From Candidatus Omnitrophota bacterium (GTDB lineage Bacteria; Omnitrophota; Gorgyraeia; Zapsychrales; JAHFFX01): DNA of 64,000 bases. The notes below the pieces were generated by a model. It saw only the letters and a list, made by a program, of their open reading frames with translations. It had not been told where the DNA came from and ran no database searches. Numbering within the stretch: the first letter of the stretch is position 1; every line of letters begins with the position of its first letter. This document shows, piece after piece, positions 52,464 through 61,890 of the stretch. The position numbers were made by a program, and so were the translations under genes. Location of the stretch: the NCBI GenBank assembly GCA_023247725.1, contig JAHFFW010000008.1:7359-71358 (forward strand), in the 5' to 3' direction.

Positions 52464-52711
52464 GTGGATGAGTGGAGACCTACGGCTGGCCGATGGCCAC
52501 AATATAGACGCACGATGGAAGAGCTGATTGAGGCTGTTGCTGGATGGTAATGGATGAAGCAATTAACCCGCCTAATCGCTTCATAATTTGAAGCGGTTAA
52601 ATTCCCGCCTTTTACCTTTTGGCATATAGATTTCAAAAAGTATAATGCGAAAGGTAAATTCCAAATTTCCCTAACTGTTGACAGTTATTTATAAGTGTAT
52701 ACGCTTAGGGA

Positions 52712-52753
52712 AATGTTCACTCAGGTGCTAATGTTCACTATTGAGTGAACATT
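52712..52753. promoter_or_regulatory. Operator-like repeat: AATGTTCACTCA direct copy plus palindrome AATGTTCACT-ATTG-AGTGAACATT
   Basis: Seen directly in the AT-rich spacer upstream of abiEi. Confidence 0.4.
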
Positions 52754-52875
52754 CCATCGATTTGCTAATCTTATACAATCTTATGTAGTCGAAATATAAG
52801 AAGCGTATAAAATCTGTGCACTTGTTAATAAGTGACGAGGTTTTCTACAGGCGAAAATTGCTACCCGAAAAAATC

Positions 52876-52914
52876 TTGACATTATGTCGCATAAATTATA
52901 TACTTTTTGCGACA
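52876..52914 (+). promoter_or_regulatory. Consensus sigma70 promoter TTGACA-17-TATACT with flanking inverted repeat TGTCGCA...TGCGACA, about 20 nt upstream of abiEi
   Basis: Perfect -35 and near-perfect -10 hexamers. The inverted repeat brackets the -10, consistent with an autoregulated operator. Confidence 0.55.
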
Positions 52915-52933
52915 ATAATAGTGAGGTATATTT

Positions 52934-53530
52934 ATGCAATATACTAATGATATTGTAGTTAACAGAATACATGGCCATGGTAGGGGATGGGTTTTTACGC
53001 CAAGCCATTTTTTTGACCTTGGAAGTCACTTTGCTGTAAGAAAAGCCCTTGAGAGGTTAGCGAAGCAGGGAACAATCCGGCGCCTTTCCCCAGGGCTTTA
53101 TGACTATCCCAGGCGCCATCCTGCGTTGGGAGATTTGGTTCCTAACTATGAGCAAATTGGTAAGGCATTGGCCGGACAGTATAAATTAAGGCTGCAACCT
53201 TCCGGAGCCTACGCTGCCAATCTTCTAGGTTTAACCGAGCAGGTTCCGGCCAAAATCGTTTTTTTGACTGATGGCCCCAATCGGAAATTAACTATCGGCA
53301 ATCAGCGAATCATCTTTAAAAGAACCACCCCCAAAAACATGGCGGCCGCAGGCCGTGTTAGCGGTTTAGTTATTCAGGCCTTACGCCATTTGGGAAAGAA
53401 TAATGTGGATGATGATACCATCGACAGGCTTAAAACGCGATTGAGTGATGATGACAAACAGCAGCTTCTCAAAGATATTTCGTGCGCTCCGGCTTGGATC
53501 GGCGCAATATTCAGAAAAATGGTGGAATAA
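52934..53530 (+). CDS. abiEi: AbiEi-family antitoxin/transcriptional regulator (type IV TA system, DUF6088-like)
   Basis: NRIHGHGRGWVFTPSHFFDLGS...LAKQGTIRRLSPGLYDYPR...LQPSGAYAANLLGLTEQVP matches the AbiEi family pattern. It is directly upstream of, and overlapping, a DUF1814 gene. Confidence 0.8.
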   Translation: MQYTNDIVVNRIHGHGRGWVFTPSHFFDLGSHFAVRKALERLAKQGTIRRLSPGLYDYPRRHPALGDLVPNYEQIGKALAGQYKLRLQPSGAYAANLLGLTEQVPAKIVFLTDGPNRKLTIGNQRIIFKRTTPKNMAAAGRVSGLVIQALRHLGKNNVDDDTIDRLKTRLSDDDKQQLLKDISCAPAWIGAIFRKMVE

Positions 53531-54558
53531 TGGATCGATTTGCAGTCTTGCCTGCTTCAGAGAAAATTCTTTATTTCGATACAATGGCCGGTAAACTTGG
53601 GATCTCGCCGGAGATGGTCGAGAAAGATTTTTGGGGTTGCTGGACACTGGAGAAACTTTTCACATTAAAGGATATTGGAGCGCACATCACATTTAAGGGC
53701 GGCACCTCGCTCTCCAAGTGCTACAACGCCATTGAACGTTTCTCGGAAGATGTTGATATTGCCATTGAAAGAAAATATCTGGAACATGGCAAAGATATTG
53801 AGCCGTCGGTTGATGTCAGCAATAAGGAAAATCAGCGACGCATCGAAGAATTGATGGCTTCCGCCAGGACAGCCATTCGCAAGCAGATTCTTCCGGAGTT
53901 ACGACGGCAAGCTGAAAAGATCCTTGGAAAGAGTGGTCAATGGTCGATAGATTTGGATCCCAAAGATCCGCTCGAGCAGACACTTCTGTTTGTTTTTCCA
54001 AAAGCTGTCATAAAAACGGATCGCGAATATGTAATGCCTATAGTTAAGATTGAGTTAGGCGCCCGTTCAGATGATTGGCCGGCGCAATCTGTTCATATCT
54101 TCCCCTACGTAGCTGAAGTTTTACATGATGCGTTAGTCGTTCAGCCCATCACCGTCAAGGTTTTATCGGCGGAGAGGACATTTTGGGAGAAGGCGATGAT
54201 CCTTCACCGGCTTTATCACTCTCCCGAAGAGAAGACTGTTTCAAAACGTATGTCACGGCATTATTATGATCTATATGCGATGAGTAAGGCTGGAATATTT
54301 GATAGGGCGCTTAAGGATGTTGGGTTGATGCGCAGTGTCGTTGAGTTCAATAGACTTTTCTTTCGATATTCTTGGCTAAATTATGACGAGGCCAAGCGCG
54401 GGACTTTCCGCTTGGTTCCTAAGGATGCTGAGCGGATTAAGAGCCTGAAAATTGACTACCGGCAAATGGAGCAAATGTTTTTCAAGGATCAACCGGCGTT
54501 TGATCGGATTATAGAAAGACTTAAAGAGATAGAAGATAAAATTAATGACCAAAAATAA
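53530..54558 (+). CDS. abiEii: AbiEii/AbiGii-family nucleotidyltransferase toxin (DUF1814)
   Basis: EKDFW...[23 protein letters not shown] is the DUF1814 signature. ATAATG overlap with abiEi. Confidence 0.85.
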   Translation: MDRFAVLPASEKILYFDTMAGKLGISPEMVEKDFWGCWTLEKLFTLKDIGAHITFKGGTSLSKCYNAIERFSEDVDIAIERKYLEHGKDIEPSVDVSNKENQRRIEELMASARTAIRKQILPELRRQAEKILGKSGQWSIDLDPKDPLEQTLLFVFPKAVIKTDREYVMPIVKIELGARSDDWPAQSVHIFPYVAEVLHDALVVQPITVKVLSAERTFWEKAMILHRLYHSPEEKTVSKRMSRHYYDLYAMSKAGIFDRALKDVGLMRSVVEFNRLFFRYSWLNYDEAKRGTFRLVPKDAERIKSLKIDYRQMEQMFFKDQPAFDRIIERLKEIEDKINDQK

Positions 54559-54700
54559 ATCAACCGGCATCAAATCATGGCCATTGGATGACAGGCCAAG
54601 AGAGAAATTGCTTAAAAAAGGCGCGGACGCTTTGAGTAATTCTGAACTCTTGGCAATTTTGTTGCGCACGGGGAACCTAAAAGAAGAAGAGAGGACGTAA
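54545..54700 (+). pseudogene. radC: Remnant (51 aa) of a RadC-family (UPF0758/JAB) protein N-terminus, truncated at the hsdM start
   Basis: [43 protein letters not shown] is the canonical RadC N-terminal HhH region. It then diverges and stops in a TAATG overlap with hsdM. Confidence 0.6.
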
Positions 54701-56160
54701 TGTTTGAGCAAGTTTTCAAGAATATTGACGACATCCTTCACAAAGATGCAGGGTGCAGTAGCGAGCTTGATTATGTGGAGCAGACTTCATGGGTTCTCTT
54801 TCTGAAATATTTGGATGATCTTGAGAAAGACAAGAAGACCGCGGCCAAATTGGCGGGCAAGACGTATTCAAATATTATCGGTCCGGAATATCGTTGGGAT
54901 GTATGGGCAACGCCCAAAGACAATGATGGCAAGCTGGATCATCACAAAGCACTAACGGGCGATGACCTTAAAGATTTTGTTGACCACAAATTGTTTCCCT
55001 ATCTGAAAAAGTTTAAAACCAGCGCCCAGAGCCCCGACACCATTGAATACAAAATCGGCGAGATTTTCAGCGAACTTAAAAACAAAATCCAGAGCGGTTA
55101 CAATCTCCGCGAGGTCATCAACTTAATTGATCAGCTTCGTTTTCGTTCTCATGCCGAGAAGCATGAAATGTCGCATCTTTATGAAGACAAGATCAAGAAT
55201 ATGGGCAACGCCGGACGTAACGGCGGCGAATACTACACGCCCCGTCCGCTGATCAAAACGATTGTCAAGGTAGTTGCACCTGAAATCGGCAATAAAATTT
55301 ATGATGGTGCGGTCGGGTCAGCGGGCTTTTTGTGCGAAGCCTTTGAGTATCTTAAATCTCAAAAGAATCTAACAACCAAAGACGCGCAGACGCTTCAGAA
55401 AAACACTTTCTACGGCAAAGAAAAGAAATCCCTCGCCTATATCATCGGCACGATGAATATGATTCTGCACGGCATTGAAGCGCCCAATATTGTGCATACC
55501 AACACGCTGGCTGAAAACCTCGCTGATATTCAAGAGAAAGACCGTTATACAATCGTCCTTGCCAATCCGCCGTTCGGCGGTAAAGAACGAGCCGAGGTTC
55601 AGCAAAATTTTTCGATAAGAACCGGCGAAACCGCGTTTTTGTTTCTTCAACATTTTATTAAGATCTTGAAAGCCGGCGGCCGTGCGGGTGTAGTCATTAA
55701 GAATACATTTCTTTCCAATACTGACAATGCCTCGATCAGCCTGCGCAAACTACTTTTAGAAAGCTGTAATTTACACACGGTACTTGATCTTCCCGGCGGC
55801 ACATTCACCGGCGCAGGAGTCAAGACTGTGGTTTTGTCTTTTGAGAAAGGCACGTCGACCAAGAAAGTCTGGTTTTATCAACTTAACCTTGGCCGCAACC
55901 TCGGCAAGACCAACCCGCTCAATGAAAACGATCTGGCCGATTTTGTGAAATTGCAGAAATCAAAAGCGGATTCGGAAAATTCATGGACGGTCAATGTGGC
56001 GGATGTGGATAAGGTTACTTTCGATTTGTCCGTCAAGAATCCGCATAGAAAAGATGAAACGACTTTGCGCGAACCGAAGGAAATATTGGCTTCAATGAAA
56101 AAGCTGGATGAAGAGAATAAGGAAATAATGCAAGAAATCAGTCGGATAATAGGAGATTAA
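54700..56160 (+). CDS. hsdM: Type I restriction-modification system methyltransferase subunit (N6-adenine)
   Basis: HsdM N-terminal domain, SAM motif and LANPPFGGKE (NPPF). Confidence 0.93.
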   Translation: MFEQVFKNIDDILHKDAGCSSELDYVEQTSWVLFLKYLDDLEKDKKTAAKLAGKTYSNIIGPEYRWDVWATPKDNDGKLDHHKALTGDDLKDFVDHKLFPYLKKFKTSAQSPDTIEYKIGEIFSELKNKIQSGYNLREVINLIDQLRFRSHAEKHEMSHLYEDKIKNMGNAGRNGGEYYTPRPLIKTIVKVVAPEIGNKIYDGAVGSAGFLCEAFEYLKSQKNLTTKDAQTLQKNTFYGKEKKSLAYIIGTMNMILHGIEAPNIVHTNTLAENLADIQEKDRYTIVLANPPFGGKERAEVQQNFSIRTGETAFLFLQHFIKILKAGGRAGVVIKNTFLSNTDNASISLRKLLLESCNLHTVLDLPGGTFTGAGVKTVVLSFEKGTSTKKVWFYQLNLGRNLGKTNPLNENDLADFVKLQKSKADSENSWTVNVADVDKVTFDLSVKNPHRKDETTLREPKEILASMKKLDEENKEIMQEISRIIGD

Positions 56161-56181
56161 TCTTTCTAATCAACGAAGCGT

Positions 56182-57147
56182 ATGCCTCCAGAGAACTTTG
56201 AACAATTTAAAGCAAAGCATGAAGCATGGAAAAAGTGTCTTTCCGGTGAAGATCGCAATTCTGTGTTCAATCAAATCTTTCGGATGGTTTGGAATGCCGC
56301 AGTTTTTAAAATAATTAACGAGGCACGCAGGATTTCTCCGACAGATACAAAAGGTCAGATTAAAATTAATGGGATGGTGCATCATTTTTTAGACAGGTGC
56401 TTCTTTGACAGCCAGTTTCTGGCTGTTCGACGGTTGACAGATGCGGCATACACATTAGAGGATGCCAAGAAAGGGATATTTTCTTTGACTGCATTATTAA
56501 ATGATATGAAAGCAAATATCTCTCTAATGACTCGCGCAAATCTTTTCGCAGTTGAAAACCTTGAATATGATCCTACGGGAATTCAGCAACGAGAATTGCA
56601 ATATGCTTTTGAACAATCCAAAAATGGGAAAGGCGCATATTGGTCATCTTTTAAAGGAAGTAGTCATGACATAACGTCCAGACATGATCAGATTGACGTT
56701 CTTTGTGGAACATCCGCCGATCAGCGCAAGCCATCTGATACTATTCGGGGAGAAATCTTTGATTATTTACTTAAGCGGACAAAGGATGCTTCAGAAGACG
56801 TTAATCTGCACGTTAATAAATACATCGCTCATGCCGCAACGCCTGATAGCCGCGAATATTCTAAAGCAGGCGAGGTGTCTATTACTTTAGATCATTTATG
56901 GGGCGCGCATAAAGTAATTTGTCAGGTCGCTAATTTTGTTGATGTATATATGCTTTCGAGAGCCCATTATAGCTTCTTGCCAGTTCCGCAATATGACCAT
57001 TTTGAACATATTGATGAGTTTTTGGTTTCCGCAGAGGGAGTGGATGCTTTAAGTAACGCATGGCATCAATTTCAGAAAGACACAGATTCTTGGGCGTCAT
57101 GGGGAATGAAAGAGTTGCAGGAAGAAATATTGCAGAAAAATGAATAG
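56182..57147 (+). CDS. Unknown 321-aa protein embedded between hsdM and hsdS (candidate defence/Abi-type effector; no family recognised)
   Basis: Complete ORF, translationally coupled (8-nt overlap with hsdS), AT-richer than hsdM. No methylase, specificity-subunit or nuclease motifs were found by eye. Confidence 0.5.
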   Translation: MPPENFEQFKAKHEAWKKCLSGEDRNSVFNQIFRMVWNAAVFKIINEARRISPTDTKGQIKINGMVHHFLDRCFFDSQFLAVRRLTDAAYTLEDAKKGIFSLTALLNDMKANISLMTRANLFAVENLEYDPTGIQQRELQYAFEQSKNGKGAYWSSFKGSSHDITSRHDQIDVLCGTSADQRKPSDTIRGEIFDYLLKRTKDASEDVNLHVNKYIAHAATPDSREYSKAGEVSITLDHLWGAHKVICQVANFVDVYMLSRAHYSFLPVPQYDHFEHIDEFLVSAEGVDALSNAWHQFQKDTDSWASWGMKELQEEILQKNE

Positions 57148-58426
57148 AACAATTAAACAATTAGAGTCGAATCAGGCAAGCACTGCTTGGCAAACCAAAA
57201 CGCTTGGCGAGGCTTGCGAAGTCTTTGCCGATGGGGATTGGATAGAGAAGAAAGACCAAGCAACAAGCGGTATACGGCTTATACAGACTGGCAATATTGG
57301 GAATGGATATTTTTTAGATAGAGGTGAGAAAGCACGGTATATTTCAGAAGGTACATTTAAAAGATTGCGATGTACAGAAGTTTTGCCGGGTGATTGTTTG
57401 CTTTCCAGATTACCCGATCCAGTAGGAAGGGCAGGTCTTATCCCTGATACAGGGCAAAAAATGATTACTGCGGTTGATTGCACAATCATGCGTTTCAAAA
57501 AAGATACTTTGCCTAAATGGTTTATTTATTATTCTTTGTCTCCAGACTATCAAAACGAAATTAACAAAGAGGTCACTGGAGCGACACGTCAACGTATCAG
57601 CAGAAGTAATTTAGGCAATATTAAACTTCCAATCCCCCCGCTCCCCGAACAGAAACGGATTGTTAAGATTTTAGATGATGTTTTTGAAAAAACCGCCAAG
57701 GCCAAAGAAAATGCCGAGAAGAATCTGCAAAACACCCGGGAACTTTTTGAATCGTATTTGCAGGGTGTGTTTGCTGATTCTGGCGATGGATGGGAAGAAA
57801 AGAAGCTGGGGGATAACAATATTCTTGAAATTATCGATGGCGACCGAGGAGTTAATTATCCTGAGAAGTCGGATTTTCTAGATCGAGGTTATTGTCTTTT
57901 TCTGAATACTAAGAATGTACGTCCTGATGGGTTTAATTTTGATACAGCAATGTTTATTTCGAAAGAAAAAGATAATGCTTTACGCAAAGGGAAACTTCAG
58001 CGAAATGATGTAATCCTCACGACCAGAGGAACAATCGGTAATCTAGCTGTTTATGATAGCAACGTTAGTTATGAGAATATCAGAATCAATTCGGGTATGC
58101 TTGTTTTTAGACCGAAGGTAGAAAAATTATTGCCTTCTTTTCTCTTTGAGGTATTCCGGTCTGGAATTATGAAAAATCAAATTTCTCGGCATGTGTCGGG
58201 CGCGGCTCAGCCTCAATTACCGATTAAGACTTTGGTAAATTTTACGATTCCCGTGCCCAATAGTATCGATGAGCAAAAGAAAATCGTTGATCGCCTTAGA
58301 GAAATTTCAGCCGAAACCAAAAAACTCGAAGCTATCTATCAGCAAAAGCTCGCTAACTTGGAAGAGTTAAGAAAATCAATATTACAAAAAGCGTTCAATG
58401 GCGAACTTGTAGAGGCAAACGTATGA
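57140..58426 (+). CDS. hsdS: Type I R-M specificity subunit (two target-recognition domains)
   Basis: Conserved central and C-terminal HsdS repeats (RQRISRSNLGNIKLPIPPLPEQKRIVKILD...; LPIKTLVNFTIPVPNSIDEQKKIVDRL). Confidence 0.9.
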   Translation: MNRTIKQLESNQASTAWQTKTLGEACEVFADGDWIEKKDQATSGIRLIQTGNIGNGYFLDRGEKARYISEGTFKRLRCTEVLPGDCLLSRLPDPVGRAGLIPDTGQKMITAVDCTIMRFKKDTLPKWFIYYSLSPDYQNEINKEVTGATRQRISRSNLGNIKLPIPPLPEQKRIVKILDDVFEKTAKAKENAEKNLQNTRELFESYLQGVFADSGDGWEEKKLGDNNILEIIDGDRGVNYPEKSDFLDRGYCLFLNTKNVRPDGFNFDTAMFISKEKDNALRKGKLQRNDVILTTRGTIGNLAVYDSNVSYENIRINSGMLVFRPKVEKLLPSFLFEVFRSGIMKNQISRHVSGAAQPQLPIKTLVNFTIPVPNSIDEQKKIVDRLREISAETKKLEAIYQQKLANLEELRKSILQKAFNGELVEANV

Positions 58427-60795
58427 ACGAAGCTGAAACAAGAGCGGAACTGATTGATCCGAAACTCAAGGAAAGCGGTTGGGGCGTGGTTGAGGGCTCC
58501 AAAGTCCTTCGGGAATATCACATCACTGCTGGCAAAATCCAAGTTGGCGGGGGCCGGGCTAAGCCGCTTATTGCCGATTATGTTCTTGTCTTTCATGGCC
58601 GCAAGCTGGCCGCGATTGAAGCTAAAAGCGATGAAGAAGAAGTCGGCGAAGGTGTCGCACAGGCCAAAAATTACGCCGAAAAAATGTGTTTGGAAACGAC
58701 TTATGCCGCCAACGGCAAAGAGATTTATCAAGTTTGCATGAAGACCGGCAAGGAAGGCCCGGTTGCCAAATTCCCCACTCCGCAGGAACTCTGGAACAAA
58801 ACATTTGCCCAAGAGAATCAGTGGCGGGATAAATTCAGCCATGTGCCTTTTGAGGATGTTGGCGGTACCAAGTACGTCCGCTATTATCAGGAAATCGCCG
58901 TCAATAATACCATGTCTTCAATTGCCGACGGCAAACAGCGTATTCTACTGACACTCGCGACAGGTACGGGAAAGACTTTTATTGCTTTTCAGATTGCGTG
59001 GAAACTTTATCATGCCCGCTGGAATTTAAAGCGTGACGGCGCGCGCAGGCCGCGTATTTTGTTTCTGGCTGACAGAAATATTTTGGCTGATCAGGCATTC
59101 AATGATTTTTCATCCTTCCCCGAAGACGTGTTAGTGCGGATTAATCCTAAAGAAATCAGTAAAAAAGGAAGTGTGCCGACCAATGGAAGTATTTTCTTTA
59201 CCATCTTTCAAACATTTATGAGCGGCAAAAATAACACGCCATATTTCGGGGAATACCCAGCGGATTATTTTGACTTTATCATCATTGACGAATGCCATCG
59301 GGGCGGCGCCAACGACGAAGGCAACTGGCGAGGGATTTTAGAATATTTTTCGCCTGCTGTTCAACTGGGGTTGACCGCGACACCCAAACGCCGGGACAAT
59401 GTGGACACTTATCGCTATTTCGGCGATCCGGTTTATATTTATTCGCTTAAAGAAGGCATCAACGACGGATTTTTAACGCCGTTTAAGGTTAAACGGATCA
59501 AGACAACCCTAGACGATTATATTTACACATCCGACGATCAGATTGTTGAGGGTGAAGTTGAAGAAGGCAAGATTTATAAAGAGCCTGATTTCAATAAAAT
59601 TATTGAGATCAAAGAACGCGAAGCCAAACGGGTGAAGATATTTCTTTCTGAAATCAATCAGAATGAAAAGGCGATAGTTTTTTGTGCCAATCAAGACCAC
59701 GCGGCGGCGGTGCGGGATTTGATCAACCAGTATAAAAAAAGCCCAGAGCCAAATTACTGCGTGCGGGTTACCGCTAACGACGGCGCGTTAGGTGATCAAT
59801 ATTTGCGTGATTTTCGGGATAATGAAAAAACTATCCCGACGATTTTAACAACTTCACAAAAGCTGTCCACCGGCGTGGATGCCCGCAATATCCGTAACAT
59901 TATCCTTATGCGCCAGATTAATTCGATGATTGAGTTTAAACAGATTATTGGACGCGGCACACGATTATTCGATGGAAAAGAATATTTTACCATTTATGAT
60001 TTTGTTGACGCATATCATCATTTTGCTGATCCCGAATGGGACGGTGAGCCGATTGTTGAGGTCTGTTCTAAGTGTCTGGAGAATCCCTGTGTCTGCGAGA
60101 AAACACCGCCGCGTCCATGTCCTCGATGTGGACAGAGGCCTTGTGTATGTGAGAAACCGCCAGAACCGCCCTGTCCAAGATGCGGAAAAAATCCTTGCGC
60201 GTGTCCCAGAAAAGTGAAAATCAAATTGCGTGACGGCAAGGAGCGCGAAATTCAACATATGATCGCAACTTCTTTTTGGAGTGCAGACGGCAAGCCGATT
60301 TCAGCCGAAGAATTTTTGAAGGGTCTGTTTGGGAAACTGCCTGATTTTTTTAAAAGTGAAGATGAACTGCGCAAAATCTGGTCTAGTCCTATTACACGTA
60401 AAGCATTGCTCGAAAATCTCGCTTCTGCCGGATACGGCAAGGACGAATTGACTACTTTACAGAAATTAATTGATGCTGAAAAAAGTGATCTGTTTGATGT
60501 TATCGAGTTCGTCTCTTTTGCGTTGAAGCCGATTACTAGAGAAAAACGTGTTGCTTTGGCACAATTTAAAATTTTTGCAGGCTTGGGTGATAAACAAAAA
60601 GATTTTTTAGAATTTGTGCTTTCCAAATATATTGAAACCGGCGTTGAGGAATTGGATCAGGAAAAACTCCCAGATCTTTTGACGCTCAAATATCAAGCCA
60701 TCAGTGATGCGGAGGATATCCTGGGTGGTGTGGACAATATCCGCACGACGTTTATTGAGTTTCAGAAGTATTTATATGAGAAAGCTGTTGTGTGA
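58423..60795 (+). CDS. hsdR: Type I restriction enzyme R subunit with unusual tandem Cys4 knuckle insertion
   Basis: HSDR_N N-terminus (MNEAETRAELIDPKLKESGW), helicase motifs I GTGKTF, II DECH, III LGLTATP, and a C-terminal EcoEI_R_C-like domain. A 47-aa insert at 60064-60204 carries three CxxC...CxC units. Confidence 0.88.
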   Translation: MNEAETRAELIDPKLKESGWGVVEGSKVLREYHITAGKIQVGGGRAKPLIADYVLVFHGRKLAAIEAKSDEEEVGEGVAQAKNYAEKMCLETTYAANGKEIYQVCMKTGKEGPVAKFPTPQELWNKTFAQENQWRDKFSHVPFEDVGGTKYVRYYQEIAVNNTMSSIADGKQRILLTLATGTGKTFIAFQIAWKLYHARWNLKRDGARRPRILFLADRNILADQAFNDFSSFPEDVLVRINPKEISKKGSVPTNGSIFFTIFQTFMSGKNNTPYFGEYPADYFDFIIIDECHRGGANDEGNWRGILEYFSPAVQLGLTATPKRRDNVDTYRYFGDPVYIYSLKEGINDGFLTPFKVKRIKTTLDDYIYTSDDQIVEGEVEEGKIYKEPDFNKIIEIKEREAKRVKIFLSEINQNEKAIVFCANQDHAAAVRDLINQYKKSPEPNYCVRVTANDGALGDQYLRDFRDNEKTIPTILTTSQKLSTGVDARNIRNIILMRQINSMIEFKQIIGRGTRLFDGKEYFTIYDFVDAYHHFADPEWDGEPIVEVCSKCLENPCVCEKTPPRPCPRCGQRPCVCEKPPEPPCPRCGKNPCACPRKVKIKLRDGKEREIQHMIATSFWSADGKPISAEEFLKGLFGKLPDFFKSEDELRKIWSSPITRKALLENLASAGYGKDELTTLQKLIDAEKSDLFDVIEFVSFALKPITREKRVALAQFKIFAGLGDKQKDFLEFVLSKYIETGVEELDQEKLPDLLTLKYQAISDAEDILGGVDNIRTTFIEFQKYLYEKAVV

Positions 60796-60859
60796 TAGGC
60801 AAGGTTAGATACAAATACTTTCTGTTTAGCAAATATGTTGTTTAGGGTAAAATGAAATT

Positions 60860-61018
60860 ATGAGTCGAGTCACTGTAAAACCTGAAATGTTAAGCTGGGC
60901 TTGTGAAAGGTCTGGCCATAGCGCAGAAGATATGCGCAAAAGGTTCCCCAAGTTTGATCTTTGGAATCGTGGAGAAGCAAGCCCGACACTTAAAGAAAGG
61001 TTTTTAAACCGTTTCTGA
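60860..61018 (+). pseudogene. 52-aa remnant resembling the N-terminus of XRE-HTH/ImmA-IrrE-type regulators
   Basis: MSRVTVKPEMLSWACERSGHSAEDMRKRFPKFDLWNRGEASPTLKE resembles the N-termini of such regulators (recall only), then terminates. Confidence 0.35.
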
Positions 61019-61278
61019 CTTATACTTAGGAGTTCAAGAAGTTAGATTAGAAGTGGCAAAAGAGGACATTTCCGGTGGAACTTATTGAAGATGCAGACGA
61101 TATTTAGAAACGGTCTAAAGGCTTCTCGCTGGCTTCAAAGTAATGTCGCTCCGGTTTTTGATACAAAAGAGATTTTAAAAGCTAGTACAGAATTCTCCAA
61201 TATTGCGACGTTCTTCTTTCAGATTTTTTACATTCAATTCAAGATCAATAAACTCTTATCTCTTAATCAAAAATTGGT

Positions 61279-61890
61279 GTGAAGGTGGAAACTGAGAATC
61301 CCCGTATAGTTCTGGTAACAATTGGAATAATAGGAGGGGTTCTCTTAATTCAATGGTTTTCTAAAAGAAAAAAGCTTGAACAAGACTTATTAAATTATGG
61401 CGTCGAAATGCAGGCAAATGTCATCAAGAAAGGATGGGCATTCCGTGGCCTGCGAGATCTTCATATCCATTACGAAATCAACGGAAGAGAAGTCACTAAA
61501 GTCATTTCGGTAGATATTAGTCATGAGAATATAAAAAGTATGCCTATATTGATTGATCCCATGAACCCAAAAAGGGTTTTATATAATATGAGAAAGTTTG
61601 ATTTAAAAAAAGTCAGTGAAGATTCTGTTACCAATTTCAAAGAGAGATATGAAGCAAATAAAACTGATTATGATAAAGGTGCTGAAGAGGGATTCGAGGG
61701 GAAACCCATGAAGGAAAAGGAAAGTGCCGAATATATTCAAGGCTATGAAGATGGCGTTGAAGATCTTCATTACGACGAGGGATTTAAAGATGGATGTGAA
61801 GGGAAGCCTATGAAGGAAAATCCAAACGCTCAATACGAGGAAGGCTATAAAGATAGCATTGAAGATCGCCGTGAAGATGACAAAGAGTAA
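61279..61890 (+). CDS. Single-pass membrane protein (DUF3592-like N-terminal region) with acidic C-terminal repeats (EGFEGKPMKE..YxxGYEDG)
   Basis: GTG start, one TM helix, a VLIDPMNPKRVLY-type motif, and two approximately 25-aa repeats. Confidence 0.45.
   Translation: MKVETENPRIVLVTIGIIGGVLLIQWFSKRKKLEQDLLNYGVEMQANVIKKGWAFRGLRDLHIHYEINGREVTKVISVDISHENIKSMPILIDPMNPKRVLYNMRKFDLKKVSEDSVTNFKERYEANKTDYDKGAEEGFEGKPMKEKESAEYIQGYEDGVEDLHYDEGFKDGCEGKPMKENPNAQYEEGYKDSIEDRREDDKE

Noticed and set aside
52545-52615. Possible tRNA 3' fragment/att site at the island border (GCGGTTAAATTCCCGCC with an adjacent 7-bp hairpin CGCTTCA-taatt-TGAAGCG)
   Set aside because: The T-arm resemblance is weak, the hairpin loop is 5 nt and not an anticodon loop, and no acceptor stem is present. 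The sequence alone cannot support a tRNA or att call.
61085-61282. 65-aa ORF (MKMQTIFRNG...)
   Set aside because: AT-rich and hydrophobic-ending, with no motif. It is more likely non-coding spacer, or part of the degraded regulator pseudogene.
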